Positions 39,938 to 50,200 of a stretch of DNA of 64,000 nucleotides are shown one piece after another (position 1 is the stretch's first letter; every line of letters begins with the position of its first letter). The position numbers were made by a program, and so were the translations under genes. This DNA comes from Abditibacterium sp. GTDB taxonomy: Bacteria; Armatimonadota; Abditibacteriia; Abditibacteriales; Abditibacteriaceae. The stretch covers positions 1,184,001 through 1,248,000 of the forward strand of contig CBDASK010000003.1 in assembly GCA_965199495.1 (NCBI GenBank), in the 5' to 3' direction. The notes under the pieces are model-generated. The model saw only the letters and a list, made by a program, of their open reading frames with translations. It did not search any database and was not told where the DNA came from.

Positions 39938-40801
39938 GTGTCCTTTCCCCCCACACCTCTCGACTTCTCGCACCTGACCCCACTGCAACGTTTAGTTGTG
40001 TTGCAACTGATCCGCGTCCGCGAGCGGGCCGGATTATCCCGCGCGCAATTGGCGCAGCGCACCGGCTTTGCGCCCGCTGAAATCGAACGCATTGAAACCG
40101 GCCACCGTGCGCTGGATATGCTGGAAGTGCGCGAGTGGTGCCGTGCGGCGGGCACAGCGCTGGTCGAGTTCGCGCGCGAGTTAGACGCACCAATTGCGGC
40201 CTTGTTAGATCAAGAAGACGAAGAGCGGAGGCGCGCACAAGAGGCGCAGGTGGCGCAATCGGAGAAACCCAGCACGCAACTACTCTGTTTTGTGCCCGAT
40301 GCCCCACCCAAATTACTATCGGTTGAAAACGCGTTTGCGGCGATAGAACTTTTGCTGGGCACAAATCAGGTGCGTGTCTTTGCGACCGACAGTTCGGCAA
40401 CGCTGGGCTTTTCTGCCAACGACAGCACGCGGGAGAACGTCATGCGCGGTGCCGGGAGCAGGGACGGAGATGGTGCGAACGGTGAATACACGCTACTCCG
40501 CCCGACCGGAGCGTTTTTGGTCGTGGCCGGAAAACTGAAGGGCAGCCACGTCTCCGCCTCGGCGCCGCGCAACTTGGACTTGTCGTGGGCGCCGCCCGAG
40601 GCGTGGGTGTCGCTGTGCCCTTACGCGCTCGATCTGGCGAATCCGAATAACAGCGAGCGATTGCGCCTGGGTTCGCTTTCGCCGCTGCAACTGGAGCTTG
40701 TCCTCGATAAATTTGCACCCCAGCTCCCGGATAGCGCCGTCGGGCAGATCATGGGCGCGCACCCCGATGGCGCGGCGTGGATGGCGGAGTGGAACGATTG
40801 A
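39938..40801 (+). CDS. XRE HTH fused to diverged DUF3846-like domain
   Basis: RERAGLSRAQLAQRTG...IERIETGHRALDMLE; C-terminal LLCFVPD.P....VEN....IELLLG...GAFLVVA...SLSPLQ. Confidence 0.65.
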   Translation: MSFPPTPLDFSHLTPLQRLVVLQLIRVRERAGLSRAQLAQRTGFAPAEIERIETGHRALDMLEVREWCRAAGTALVEFARELDAPIAALLDQEDEERRRAQEAQVAQSEKPSTQLLCFVPDAPPKLLSVENAFAAIELLLGTNQVRVFATDSSATLGFSANDSTRENVMRGAGSRDGDGANGEYTLLRPTGAFLVVAGKLKGSHVSASAPRNLDLSWAPPEAWVSLCPYALDLANPNNSERLRLGSLSPLQLELVLDKFAPQLPDSAVGQIMGAHPDGAAWMAEWND

Positions 40802-40835
40802 TGGCACGAAGGCATAGGGGCCAAGCTACGTTTTA

Positions 40836-41258
40836 TTAAATCACCTGATAGTCGCTGCTGGTTCCATAATGAGCGTAAGCCTTTTGAACTTCGCTGATCC
40901 AGAATAAATCTTGCTCATTTTTCCCCGGCTTCGATAACAAGCTCAGTTCTTTGGCCAAGACGTAAAATCCGGGGCCGGGAGCATTGTCGATTTTGCTGAC
41001 CACCAAAGCGCTGGCCAAGAAACCGAAGCGAGCCTGACTACACGAGGAGATGTAGTCCAGATATTCGCTTATCAGTGCCACGTTAACCGGGTGCATTTCC
41101 GTGATGAAATACTTCGCCCCCAGCGATTTGGGATTGAATTCGACGTTTTCCACAAGCTCCGTATAAGTGAGGAAACTTTGCTTGGCCCCAGCGTCGAAGA
41201 TTCGCTGTTGCAGGACATCCAGGGCTGGGTCGCTCTCGTTCAGGTAGGTTTGATTCAT
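40836..41258 (-). CDS. Hypothetical protein, possible winged-helix DNA-binding domain
   Basis: LTYTELV...L..IS......ASALVVSK....PGPGFY.LA..L......FWISEV. Confidence 0.6.
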   Translation of the reverse strand: MNQTYLNESDPALDVLQQRIFDAGAKQSFLTYTELVENVEFNPKSLGAKYFITEMHPVNVALISEYLDYISSCSQARFGFLASALVVSKIDNAPGPGFYVLAKELSLLSKPGKNEQDLFWISEVQKAYAHYGTSSDYQVI

Positions 41259-41395
41259 GATTGGTAAGCTGCACAATTGAATTTAGCTAATGGCGTTCAA
41301 AGCTGCTGCTTTCGCAGCCTGAACTCCATTTTCTGCTGGCGCCCAAAATATTTAGATTAAGTTTACTAATATATAAAATCACTCTACTCCACGGT

Positions 41396-44300
41396 TTAAG
41401 CGGTTCGTATTTCTTTTCTCTCCCTTCGTCCAGCGCGCGGGTTTTCGCCCGGCAATCCCGCCGCGCCGTGAACGCTCCCGTGAACGCTCAATGCTGCTTC
41501 CCGCCGCTCGTGCAAAAGCGCGTCGAGCGACCACAATCGCTCTATCAGAATCGAGCGGTAAACCCCGATTTTGCCGCCGCGCTTCGCGTCCCGCGTCTCT
41601 TCAGGCGGCGCTTCCAATGTGCCCTCGACCACAAGCGATGGCGCGCGCAATTCGCGCTCGAAACGCTCGAACAATCCCGGCGGTAGGGCGGTCGGCAAAC
41701 GCCCACTTTCGTCTTCGAGAATCAGAAAGCAAAACCCTTTCGCTGTCGGCGGGCGCTGGCGGGATATGACCGCGCCCGCCACCAGAACGCGCGCCCCGGT
41801 CGGCAACTTGAATACATCAGCGATGGGCCGCACCGTGAGCCTGGTCAGAAACGCGCGCTGCAACGCGAGCGGGTGCGGCCCGGTCGTTAGATGACAGGTC
41901 GCAAAATCCCACGCGATGGATTGCTCCACTGAGGGCACTTCCAGCAAAACGCGGTCGCGCGGTAACACCAGATCATCGAAAGCGAGTTGGTCAGTCGGTT
42001 GCTTCGGTGAGAGTTTGCTCAAGCGCCCCAGATGCCACAGCACTTCGCGCCGCGAACCGAACGCCGAAAGTGCGCTCGACCGCGCCAGATTGTCCCACGC
42101 CGGGGGCGGCAGATGCACGCGGCGAAACAGGTCGTCAAGCGAATCGAACGGTTTCAAAGCGCGTTCGAGCACGAGGGGCGCGGCGCGTTCAAGCGACATT
42201 TGCTCGATCTGGGTGAGCGGAACACGAATCGCCAAATCGTCGCTTCCATCGCCGACGCGCTCCAGCGAATACGACACGCTCGATTTCAAGACGCAGGGCG
42301 GCAGCATTTGGACGCCCGATGCGCGCGCTTCTTCGAGAATGGTGTGGAGCGGATAGAAGCCCGGCTTGTGTTCCAGAACTGCCGCCATATAGGCGGCGGG
42401 ATGGTGCGCCTTGAGAAAGCTCGACTGGTAAACCGTGCGCGCGAACGCCGCCGCGTGGCTGCGGCAAAAGCCGTAACCGACGAACTTGGAAACCAGATCG
42501 AAAACGCGATTGGCCAGCAGGGGCGCGACGGGCGACGGGGTCTCGCGGTGGGTTTCGATGGCCGCTTCGACGAAGCGCGCGCGCATCGCTTCCATTTCAC
42601 CGGCGTCGCGGAACTTGCTCATCAGGCGCCGAAACTCGTCGGCTTCCTGCAACTGCATTCCAGCGAATTGGTGCGCGACTTCTAAAACTTGTTCCTGAAA
42701 CAGGATAATGCCATAGGTGTCGCGCAGCACGATCTCCAGACTCGGATGCGGATAGCGCACCTTTTCCCAGCCACGTCGCCGCGCGACGTAGGGATGCACC
42801 ATGCCGCCCTGCAAAGGGCCGGGGCGAAACAGCGCCACTTGCGCGACCAGATCATCGAAGCACTCCGGCTGCGCGCGCGCCAGCAAGTTCCACTGGCCGG
42901 GCGATTCGATCTGGAACACGCCCAACGTTTGGCCGCGCTGAATCAGGTCGTAGGTCTGCGGATCGTCGTCGGGCAAATCGTCCACGTCGGGCGCCGCTTC
43001 GCCCACGCTGTGGAGCAAATTGACGGCTTCGGTGACGACTGAGAGCATCCGCAATCCCAACACGTCGAATTTGATGAGACCGAGCTTTTCCACGTCGTCT
43101 TTGTTGAATTGCAGTTGGCGCACGCCGTTGGCCGAGGTTTGAATCGGCGACAGATGGCGCAACGGTTGGCGCGACAAGACCATGCCGCCCGAATGCAGAC
43201 TCAAGTGGCGCGGGCACGCTTCCTCGCCATCATGCAGCGCGGCGCACAGTCCGAGCAGCACGTCTAAAGCCACCCCATCGCCCAGATGTTCGCTCAATTC
43301 GGTGCGAAACTCTAAAGCGTGGTGCGCGCCGACGTGGGGCAAATGTTTGGTCGCGCCGTCCAGAAGCGGCAGCGGATAGCCCAAGACTTTACCCATATCG
43401 CGAACCGCCGAGCGCAGCCGGAAAGTGTTGACGTTGGCCGTCATCGCGGTGTGGGCTTCGCCCCAGCGCGCCCCCATCCACTCGATGACTTCGGCGCGCC
43501 GGTGCGCCTCGAAGTCCACGTCGATGTCTGGCATTCCGCGCCGCCCTTCGTGCAGGAACCGCTCGAACAAAAGATGATGGCGCAACGGATCCACTTCGGT
43601 AATTCCGAGCAGATAGGCGATCAGCGAGTTGGCCGCGCTGCCGCGCCCACAGCAGCGGATGCCGCGCGAGCGCGACCAGGCCACGACTTCGCGCACCGTC
43701 AGAAAGAACTCTTCCAATTCGAGTTTGCCCACGACTTCGACTTCGCGCCGCAGTTGCGCTTTGGCGCGGCGCGAGCGATGCAGACCGCGCGCGGCCAAAC
43801 CATCAACGCACAATTGGCGTAGGAAATCGCCCGCGCCCAGACCAGCGGGCAAAAGCGCGGCGGGCGGCGTGACCTCACCCGGCACAATCGAAGCGCAGCA
43901 CTCGCGCGCGATGGCATCGGCGTTGGCGAGGGACGAGGGCGGCAAACCCAATTTGAGCAAGCGTGATTCACCGCACAAAAAGGCGCGCGCGTTGCGCGGG
44001 CGCAGGGCGTGGCTGGTGCCAACGCTCAGGCCCAATCTCATGCAGGTCAACGCATCGAAAACCGCGTATTCGGCGGCAGTCGCGTGGCGAACCGCGTTAG
44101 TCGCCACGAGGGGCAAATCGAGCGTTTGAGCCAGCTCGACCAACGAACGCAAGCGCGCGTTATCGTCGGGTCGCTCGTGATGGGTCAGCTCCACAAAGAA
44201 CCGATTTGGAAAAAGCGTCGCCAAGTCGCACGCCCATTTGCGCGCCCGCCCGCATTGTCCCGCTTCTACCAGACGCGACAACGTGCCGTCGTGCGCGCCG

Positions 44301-44668
44301 CTCAAACAGAACAAACCGGCAGTGCGGTCGCGCAAATCGGCGAGCGAAATTTGCGGTGATTTGCGGTCGCCATTGTGCGCGGCGTTGAGATGGGCGAGCG
44401 TGAGCAGATCGCACAGATTGGCATAGCCTTCATCGTCGGCGCACAGCAGAACGAGGGGCGCACCCTCGGCGATGATCGTCGCGCCGAAAACCGCGTGCAG
44501 TCCGTATTTGGCGCAGGCTGTGGCATGACGCACCGCCCCGGCGAGCGTGTGGCAATCAGTCAGGGCCAGCGCGCTTTGCTCGCATTTGATGGCCTGGCGC
44601 GCGAGGGCATCGGGCGAGGAAGCCCCGGCGCCAAACGAAAACCAGGAGCGGACGTGTAAGTGAGTCAT
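41396..44668 (-). CDS. dnaE2: Error-prone DNA polymerase III alpha subunit
   Basis: HLHVRSWFSF, GRGSAANS, PDIDVDF, HLSLHSGG, KFDVLGL, GVFQIESP, YGFCRSHA, RQRPPTAKG. Confidence 0.93.
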   Translation of the reverse strand: MTHLHVRSWFSFGAGASSPDALARQAIKCEQSALALTDCHTLAGAVRHATACAKYGLHAVFGATIIAEGAPLVLLCADDEGYANLCDLLTLAHLNAAHNGDRKSPQISLADLRDRTAGLFCLSGAHDGTLSRLVEAGQCGRARKWACDLATLFPNRFFVELTHHERPDDNARLRSLVELAQTLDLPLVATNAVRHATAAEYAVFDALTCMRLGLSVGTSHALRPRNARAFLCGESRLLKLGLPPSSLANADAIARECCASIVPGEVTPPAALLPAGLGAGDFLRQLCVDGLAARGLHRSRRAKAQLRREVEVVGKLELEEFFLTVREVVAWSRSRGIRCCGRGSAANSLIAYLLGITEVDPLRHHLLFERFLHEGRRGMPDIDVDFEAHRRAEVIEWMGARWGEAHTAMTANVNTFRLRSAVRDMGKVLGYPLPLLDGATKHLPHVGAHHALEFRTELSEHLGDGVALDVLLGLCAALHDGEEACPRHLSLHSGGMVLSRQPLRHLSPIQTSANGVRQLQFNKDDVEKLGLIKFDVLGLRMLSVVTEAVNLLHSVGEAAPDVDDLPDDDPQTYDLIQRGQTLGVFQIESPGQWNLLARAQPECFDDLVAQVALFRPGPLQGGMVHPYVARRRGWEKVRYPHPSLEIVLRDTYGIILFQEQVLEVAHQFAGMQLQEADEFRRLMSKFRDAGEMEAMRARFVEAAIETHRETPSPVAPLLANRVFDLVSKFVGYGFCRSHAAAFARTVYQSSFLKAHHPAAYMAAVLEHKPGFYPLHTILEEARASGVQMLPPCVLKSSVSYSLERVGDGSDDLAIRVPLTQIEQMSLERAAPLVLERALKPFDSLDDLFRRVHLPPPAWDNLARSSALSAFGSRREVLWHLGRLSKLSPKQPTDQLAFDDLVLPRDRVLLEVPSVEQSIAWDFATCHLTTGPHPLALQRAFLTRLTVRPIADVFKLPTGARVLVAGAVISRQRPPTAKGFCFLILEDESGRLPTALPPGLFERFERELRAPSLVVEGTLEAPPEETRDAKRGGKIGVYRSILIERLWSLDALLHERREAALSVHGSVHGAAGLPGENPRAGRRERKEIRTA

Positions 44669-44674
44669 GGCGCC

Positions 44675-44980
44675 CTAATCGGCGATGCTCCGTATTTTCC
44701 AATGCTCACCTTGACGCAGAATATCCACGCATAAGGGCGTGCCATTTTTGTTGCGCAGCATCACGCGAAAGCAGCGTCTCCGCGCGCCCTGACGTTGCGC
44801 ATCCAACCACCACCGACCCTCAATGCACCAGATCGCCTCGACGCTCTCGATGGAAAAAACGCGTCCATGCCACTCGACGCGCGCGGGCAATCCGCCGCGC
44901 GTTTGCACGCGGATAGATTGGCCGGGCGTTTCAGCCAAACGACGTGGCTGCTGTTGGGTGCGGGCTTCCAGCAATCTCAT
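44675..44980 (-). CDS. Small mutasome-cassette protein (DUF6504-like)
   Basis: P..V.W.GR...I..V...W...GRWW......R..FRV.....D......W.I..I.D; TGATG coupling to imuB. Confidence 0.75.
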   Translation of the reverse strand: MRLLEARTQQQPRRLAETPGQSIRVQTRGGLPARVEWHGRVFSIESVEAIWCIEGRWWLDAQRQGARRRCFRVMLRNKNGTPLCVDILRQGEHWKIRSIAD

Positions 44981-46224
44981 CAGCGCACCGCCTTTTTGTT
45001 GATTTTTGTTTTAATCGTGGCTTTGTCGCGCGCGATCGCTTCGAGCGCGGGCAACCAGGCGAACTGTTCTTCGGGAAAGGGTGATGCGCTCTGAGCGGGC
45101 GCAAAGCGCCCCATCGTTCCGGCGAAACGCGCCTCCAACCCTTCGAGCGCGCGCGTCAGTTGTGTTGAATCGCCCGACTTGGCATCGTTGAACAAAATCG
45201 CCTGAGAAGGCGGAGAAACCAGCGCGCCCAGACGCACTTCCAGCGCCGACACGACCGGCGGCAGCGGCGCCAGAACTTCGAGAGCTTCGGCGAGGGCGCT
45301 GTCGAGCGGGCGGCGCAGTTTGTCAGGCGCGGCCAACGGCTCTTTCAAAACCCGGCGCGCGCTGACAGGCGAAACCGCCGTTTGCGCGATGACTTCGAGG
45401 GTTTGGGCCGAGTGTCCATTGAGTTCGGCGCATAGTTGGTGTAGTAACGCATCGAGCGCACCATCCCAATGCGCCGGTTCACGCGCGGGCAAATCGAAAC
45501 TCAAAGCCGCCATGATTTCGGCGGGCAGCTTCCACGTCGCCACGGGCCGCAAGTTGGCGCGCTCGCGTTCGCCCTGCGCGAAGCGATGCAGTAGCGCCCC
45601 AGCCGGGCCGACCTGTTCTTCCAGTTGCCGACGCGAAAGCGGACGCAACTGCCCGACGGTGTGCCAGCCAAACCAGCTCAAACGTCGCAGAGTTTTCGCA
45701 TCGATGCCCGCCGCGCCCAACTCTTCCAGTTCGACACCATCGGCAAACGCGCGTTCGTCGCCTACCGAGACCAGTCTCACGCGGCCTGTGGGCGCGCCCA
45801 GCGCCGCCATGTGCGCGGTCGCGCGGTTAGCAGCCACGCCGCCGCGCATCTTCCAACTTTCGAGGAGTGGAACCACTTTAGCGGGTGCAACATCGGCGAA
45901 CAAAAGTCCCGGTTGCATCGGCTCGACGCACGGCGTCAAACCGTAGAACGCGCGCTGCACTTCGGCCCACGCCAACTCCTCACGGTTGCGTTCGCGCGCG
46001 ACCAACAAAAGTGAGGGCAATCGGTTCTGCGCGCGCCCACTTGTCATGCCGACTTTTACTCCTGCGGCCAGAGCATCGTCCGAGGCCGCGACCACGGTTC
46101 CACGCTCGCAGACCGCGAACGCGCGCCCGCGTAGTGCCGCTTCGCTCTGCTCTAATGTCCAGGCCGCGAACTGCGGCCACCACGCACAAAAATAGGTTGC
46201 TCTTAACTGTGTTTTCAAGGCCAC
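44980..46224 (-). CDS. imuB: Inactive Y-family polymerase (ImuB/ImuY-like)
   Basis: VVAAS..A..AGV..GM...RA, TP.VE...PG..F.D, L..AGI....LRRL..FG..TVGQL; no catalytic DE; start near 46224/46218. Confidence 0.82.
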   Translation of the reverse strand: MALKTQLRATYFCAWWPQFAAWTLEQSEAALRGRAFAVCERGTVVAASDDALAAGVKVGMTSGRAQNRLPSLLLVARERNREELAWAEVQRAFYGLTPCVEPMQPGLLFADVAPAKVVPLLESWKMRGGVAANRATAHMAALGAPTGRVRLVSVGDERAFADGVELEELGAAGIDAKTLRRLSWFGWHTVGQLRPLSRRQLEEQVGPAGALLHRFAQGERERANLRPVATWKLPAEIMAALSFDLPAREPAHWDGALDALLHQLCAELNGHSAQTLEVIAQTAVSPVSARRVLKEPLAAPDKLRRPLDSALAEALEVLAPLPPVVSALEVRLGALVSPPSQAILFNDAKSGDSTQLTRALEGLEARFAGTMGRFAPAQSASPFPEEQFAWLPALEAIARDKATIKTKINKKAVR

Positions 46225-46470
46225 TCCTTCTCTCTGATTTGAGTGAAGTCGCGTAACCCGTTGCCGCCACCAACTAAAGTACTTGCCTCCAAATATCTTC
46301 ACCTTCAGGCAGTTTCATTTACCAATGTGAAATCAGAAGCGGTATACTTAAGCTGTGCCAATCCAACGGAGCTTCGCGCTTCGTTACGGTGCTTTAGGAG
46401 GAGTCGTTCGCTGCGCTGCCAGGCTAACTGCGAACGGCTCCTTTTCGTTTGTCTGTATCTAATTTCCCGG

Positions 46471-47112
46471 CTAATCGGAAGTTCTCACCAGTCCTCGGTA
46501 AACACCAGCCACGCTGACGCACGATGAATCGAACTCGCGCGTCGGGTAATCGGGATTGGCCGCGCGCAGTTTTACTGTCGGTGCACCGCGCACGAAGTCC
46601 AGGTATTTGAGCGTGGCTTCGACATCGCCGCTGCCAGCGTCGCAGATTTGGGCCGCCACGATCTCGCCCGAAGTGGGCTGGATACCGGGCCGCAGTTGCA
46701 CATAATCGCCGGGCAGGATGCCCGCGCCGATCATCGAGTCACCGCGCACCCGCAAGAGGAAATCATCGGCGCGCAGCTTGAGCAGCGAGCCGACATCTTC
46801 CAGCCACTCGTCGGTCTGCTGAATCGCTTCGGCGAGCGAACCGGCGGGAATCTCGCCCAGAACTGGAATACCCAAACCGGTCTGCGCGCGCCCCGGTGCC
46901 GTTAGCTCAATCAGACGCTGCCGACCGCGCACGCCACCCGCGACGGTGATGAAGCCCTTATCGCGCAGGGGCCGCAGTAAGTCAGAGAGACCACTTTCGG
47001 TTTTGAGATGCAAGCGTTCGCGTAGCTCGCCGGTCGTGGGCGGACGACCCAGGCGCCAGAAGTGGGCGATGGCCTGCAAGGCTTCTAATTGTCGCTGCGT
47101 CAAGGGTTTCAT
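46471..47112 (-). CDS. lexA: LexA-family repressor
   Basis: MKPLTQRQLEAL (ATG 47112 with GGGAG RBS), PPT..EL, IPVLGEIPAG (Ala-Gly cleavage), GDSM (Ser), ATLK (Lys). Confidence 0.92.
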   Translation of the reverse strand: MKPLTQRQLEALQAIAHFWRLGRPPTTGELRERLHLKTESGLSDLLRPLRDKGFITVAGGVRGRQRLIELTAPGRAQTGLGIPVLGEIPAGSLAEAIQQTDEWLEDVGSLLKLRADDFLLRVRGDSMIGAGILPGDYVQLRPGIQPTSGEIVAAQICDAGSGDVEATLKYLDFVRGAPTVKLRAANPDYPTREFDSSCVSVAGVYRGLVRTSD

Positions 47113-47130
47113 CAGATTTTCTCCCGCATA

Positions 47131-47146
47131 CCGTAATATATCACGG
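47131..47146. promoter_or_regulatory. Candidate LexA operator
   Basis: Near-palindrome CCGTAATATATCACGG (14/16) 19 bp upstream of the lexA ATG. Confidence 0.5.
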
Positions 47147-47262
47147 AAAGGCCCGCGCAACCATGTTTTCAGTGAAATTAAGTAGAGAATCTTCGGCAAT
47201 GACAGCTTCATCGAGGTTTACTAAAGAGCGTAGAAATTACTTATCCGACTCAGATTTTTATC

Positions 47263-50200
47263 ATGTCACTTCAACTGGGTGCGTTCGTGACCGTCGAAGG
47301 AATTAACAAGGGATTGGCGAAAGTTACCGCGCTTCAAAACGATGACGCGGGCGCGCCCACAGCGGAAGTCGAGTGGTTTACCTCGGTCGCCCAGCATACT
47401 TCCAAACCTTTGCGCAAACAGGTGCCTCTTGCCGATTTAGAGGGCGTTTCGCCGCCGCCGCAGACGCGCTGTTACCTCGAGATGCCTGATGGCACATGGG
47501 ACGTTGGGCGCGTTACGGGCGAAATTATGTTTGGTGGCGAGTTCGGCAAAGCTGAGCCGCAGGTGCCCGTCAAAGTCGCGGGGCAGCCCGAACAGTGGTT
47601 CGATCAAAGCCAAGTCTGGGTGCGCTGCCTGTTGCCAGGCGCTTCGCCGCTGCAAACGCTGGCGGCGGGCGCGCAGGACACGCCCTTTTTTCATCCGCGC
47701 CGTCACGCTTTTTTGAGCGCCTATCTCAGACAGCGCGGTGCGGCGGGAGGGTTGACCGGTCTGCTTTCGGCGCGAGTCAAACTGCTGCGGCACCAAGTCC
47801 ACGTCGTGCGCCGCGTGCTGAAAGACCCAATTTGTCGTTATCTACTGGCCGACGAAGTCGGACTGGGCAAAACCATCGAAGCGGGCGTTATCGCGCGCCA
47901 GCTTCGGATCGATTTCCCCAACTTGCGGATTTTGATCGCCGTGCCATCCGCGTTGGTGACGCAGTGGAAACGCGAACTCGAAGACAAGTTCGCGCTCGCT
48001 GTAGATGGCGACACGCTGACCCTGATTTCTCACGATGAGTTGGCTTTATCCTCATGGGAGCAAGAGAAATTCGGCCTGGTCATTTTCGATGAGGCGCATC
48101 ATATCGGCGCTGCTCATCGCGATCCTGACCGCGCGGATTTATGGGAAAAATGCCGCGATCTGGCCCATACCACGCCGCGTTTGCTGCTGCTGTCAGCGAC
48201 TCCGGCGTTGGGTCACGAAGCCGATTTCGCGGCGATGCTGCATCTGTTGGAGCCGCAGCTTTATCGCCTGGATGATCTCGACGCTTTCAAGCGCCGCGTC
48301 CAAGACCGTCAGGAGATCGGACGTTTTCTCAACGGTTTCAGTGTGCCGCTTCCGCGCGTAGCGGCGCGTTATGCCCTGCCAGAATTGCGCGCGCTTTTCT
48401 CTGACGATGACACCATTATGGAAGGTGCGCGGGCGCTCGAAGAATTAATCGAGCAGTCGAAGGAGGTTTCCTCGCCATGGAAACAGGCGCAGGCCGACGA
48501 GATCGCGCGCCGTTTGCGGGTTCAAATTAGCGAGAGTTATCGTTTGCACCGACGTTTGGTGCGGACGTCGCGCGCGACGTTGGAGCGCGATGGAATGCTC
48601 GCTCACATCGAAGTCGGCAAGCGCCTGGGCGCGACGGCGGAGTGGGACTTCGATTCGCGCTTGGAGCCTTTGCACGACGCGCTCGAAAGCTGGCGCGAAG
48701 CGGCCTATCGCAGCTTTTGCCAAAGAGAACCGAGCGACAACGAATCAGAAACGGCTTCGTCGGTTTCGCCTCTGGTCGAGGTTTACGCGGTGTTATGGAC
48801 GATGGCGGCGACTTGGTCTCATCTGCTGCGCCTGGCCATCGAGTGCCGTTTGGCCGAGGGGGCGAATGAAGCGAACTCTTACGCCGATGCCCTGGGCGAG
48901 GCAGAGCGCGCGATTTTGCGCACGCCGCGATTTGAGGGCGAAGAGGAGGCGCTACAAGCCTTATTGGAAGCGTTGGAACATTCGCCTACAACGGAAAATG
49001 GAACGGCTGCTCACGAGAGCGATGCGCTCGAAGTCGCCGTGGCTGCTATTGCTCAGGAGTGGGAAAAGGCGCGTGACAGAAAGGTGGTGGTCTTCGCCTC
49101 CAGTCCTCTGGCGGCTTCGACGCTGGCGCGCCGTCTGCGAACTTTGGGTTACGGTGGCGCGCTTGTCGGGGCACACTTGCAGGAGAGTTCGGGCGCGGAG
49201 CGCGCGAGCGCCTTGCGAGCGTTCGAGGCGCACGACGGCCCCGCCGCTTTAGTCTGTGATCGTTCGGGCGAAGAGGGGCTAAACCTTCAGTTCGCTCATG
49301 CGCTTTTGATGTTGGATGTTCCCGTCGATCCCAATCGCCTGGAGCAGCGATTGGGGCGCCTCGACCGCATCGGCAGCGCGCGCGATTTGCGACCGCGCGT
49401 TTTGGCCGGTTGGAGCGGGGAACGCGCCAGCGGCTCGCTTGATCACTCGATTCATGACGCCTGGTTCAAAGTTCTCGATGAAGGTTTGCGAGTATTCGAC
49501 GGCTCCATCGCCGACCTGGGCTACGCCGTTGAAGCGATTTTGCCGCGACTGAAAAGCATCGCTTTTGAATTGGGGCCGCAGGGATTACTCGAGCAGATCG
49601 AGACGGTCAAAGCCTCCGTCAAAGCCGAGCGCGTCAAAATCCGCGAACAGGCCGAACTCGACGAGACCGAATCATTCGGGCGCGATGACGACGCTTTTTT
49701 CGAGGCGCTAGTCGCGGGCGACCGCGATGGATTGGCGCTACGCGCAGGCGTTGATGCCTGGCTTTATGAGGCCTGGAGCTTTCGCCCCGACTTGAACTTC
49801 GAGCGCCCTTTGTGGCGCGCGGTGACGACCGAAAAAACGCTGGCGCCGCGCGACTGGCGCGCGCGATTGCTCGCCGCACAAAACGCCGCGCCCGCTTCCT
49901 GGCCGCGCCCGTTTGGCGGCTGTTACGAGCGCGCCGTGGCTTGCGAACGGCCTCACGTCCAACTGCTGCGCCCAGGCCATGCGCTTTTGGACGAACTCTA
50001 TGCGCTCTCTTTGTGGGATGATCGCGGCCAAGCCTTCGCGTTCTGGCGTTCGACTGCGCAGTGGTCGCGCGAAGCGCCGGAACTGTTTTTCCGTTTCGAC
50101 CTGCTCATCGAAGCCGACATGGAACCGCTCCAGCAAACGCTCAAATTTCTCAAGGCGAGCGGCTGGAAAAGCAGCGCTTTGGCCGCGTTCAAGCGCCAGG

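Noticed and set aside
26054..41258. Complete prophage or ICE
   Set aside because: No terminase, capsid, tail, lysis, relaxase or T4SS genes recognised.
47113..47211. N-terminal extension of LexA given by the ORF track
   Set aside because: ATG at 47112 has an RBS and gives the typical MKPLTxRQ start; the extension covers the promoter.
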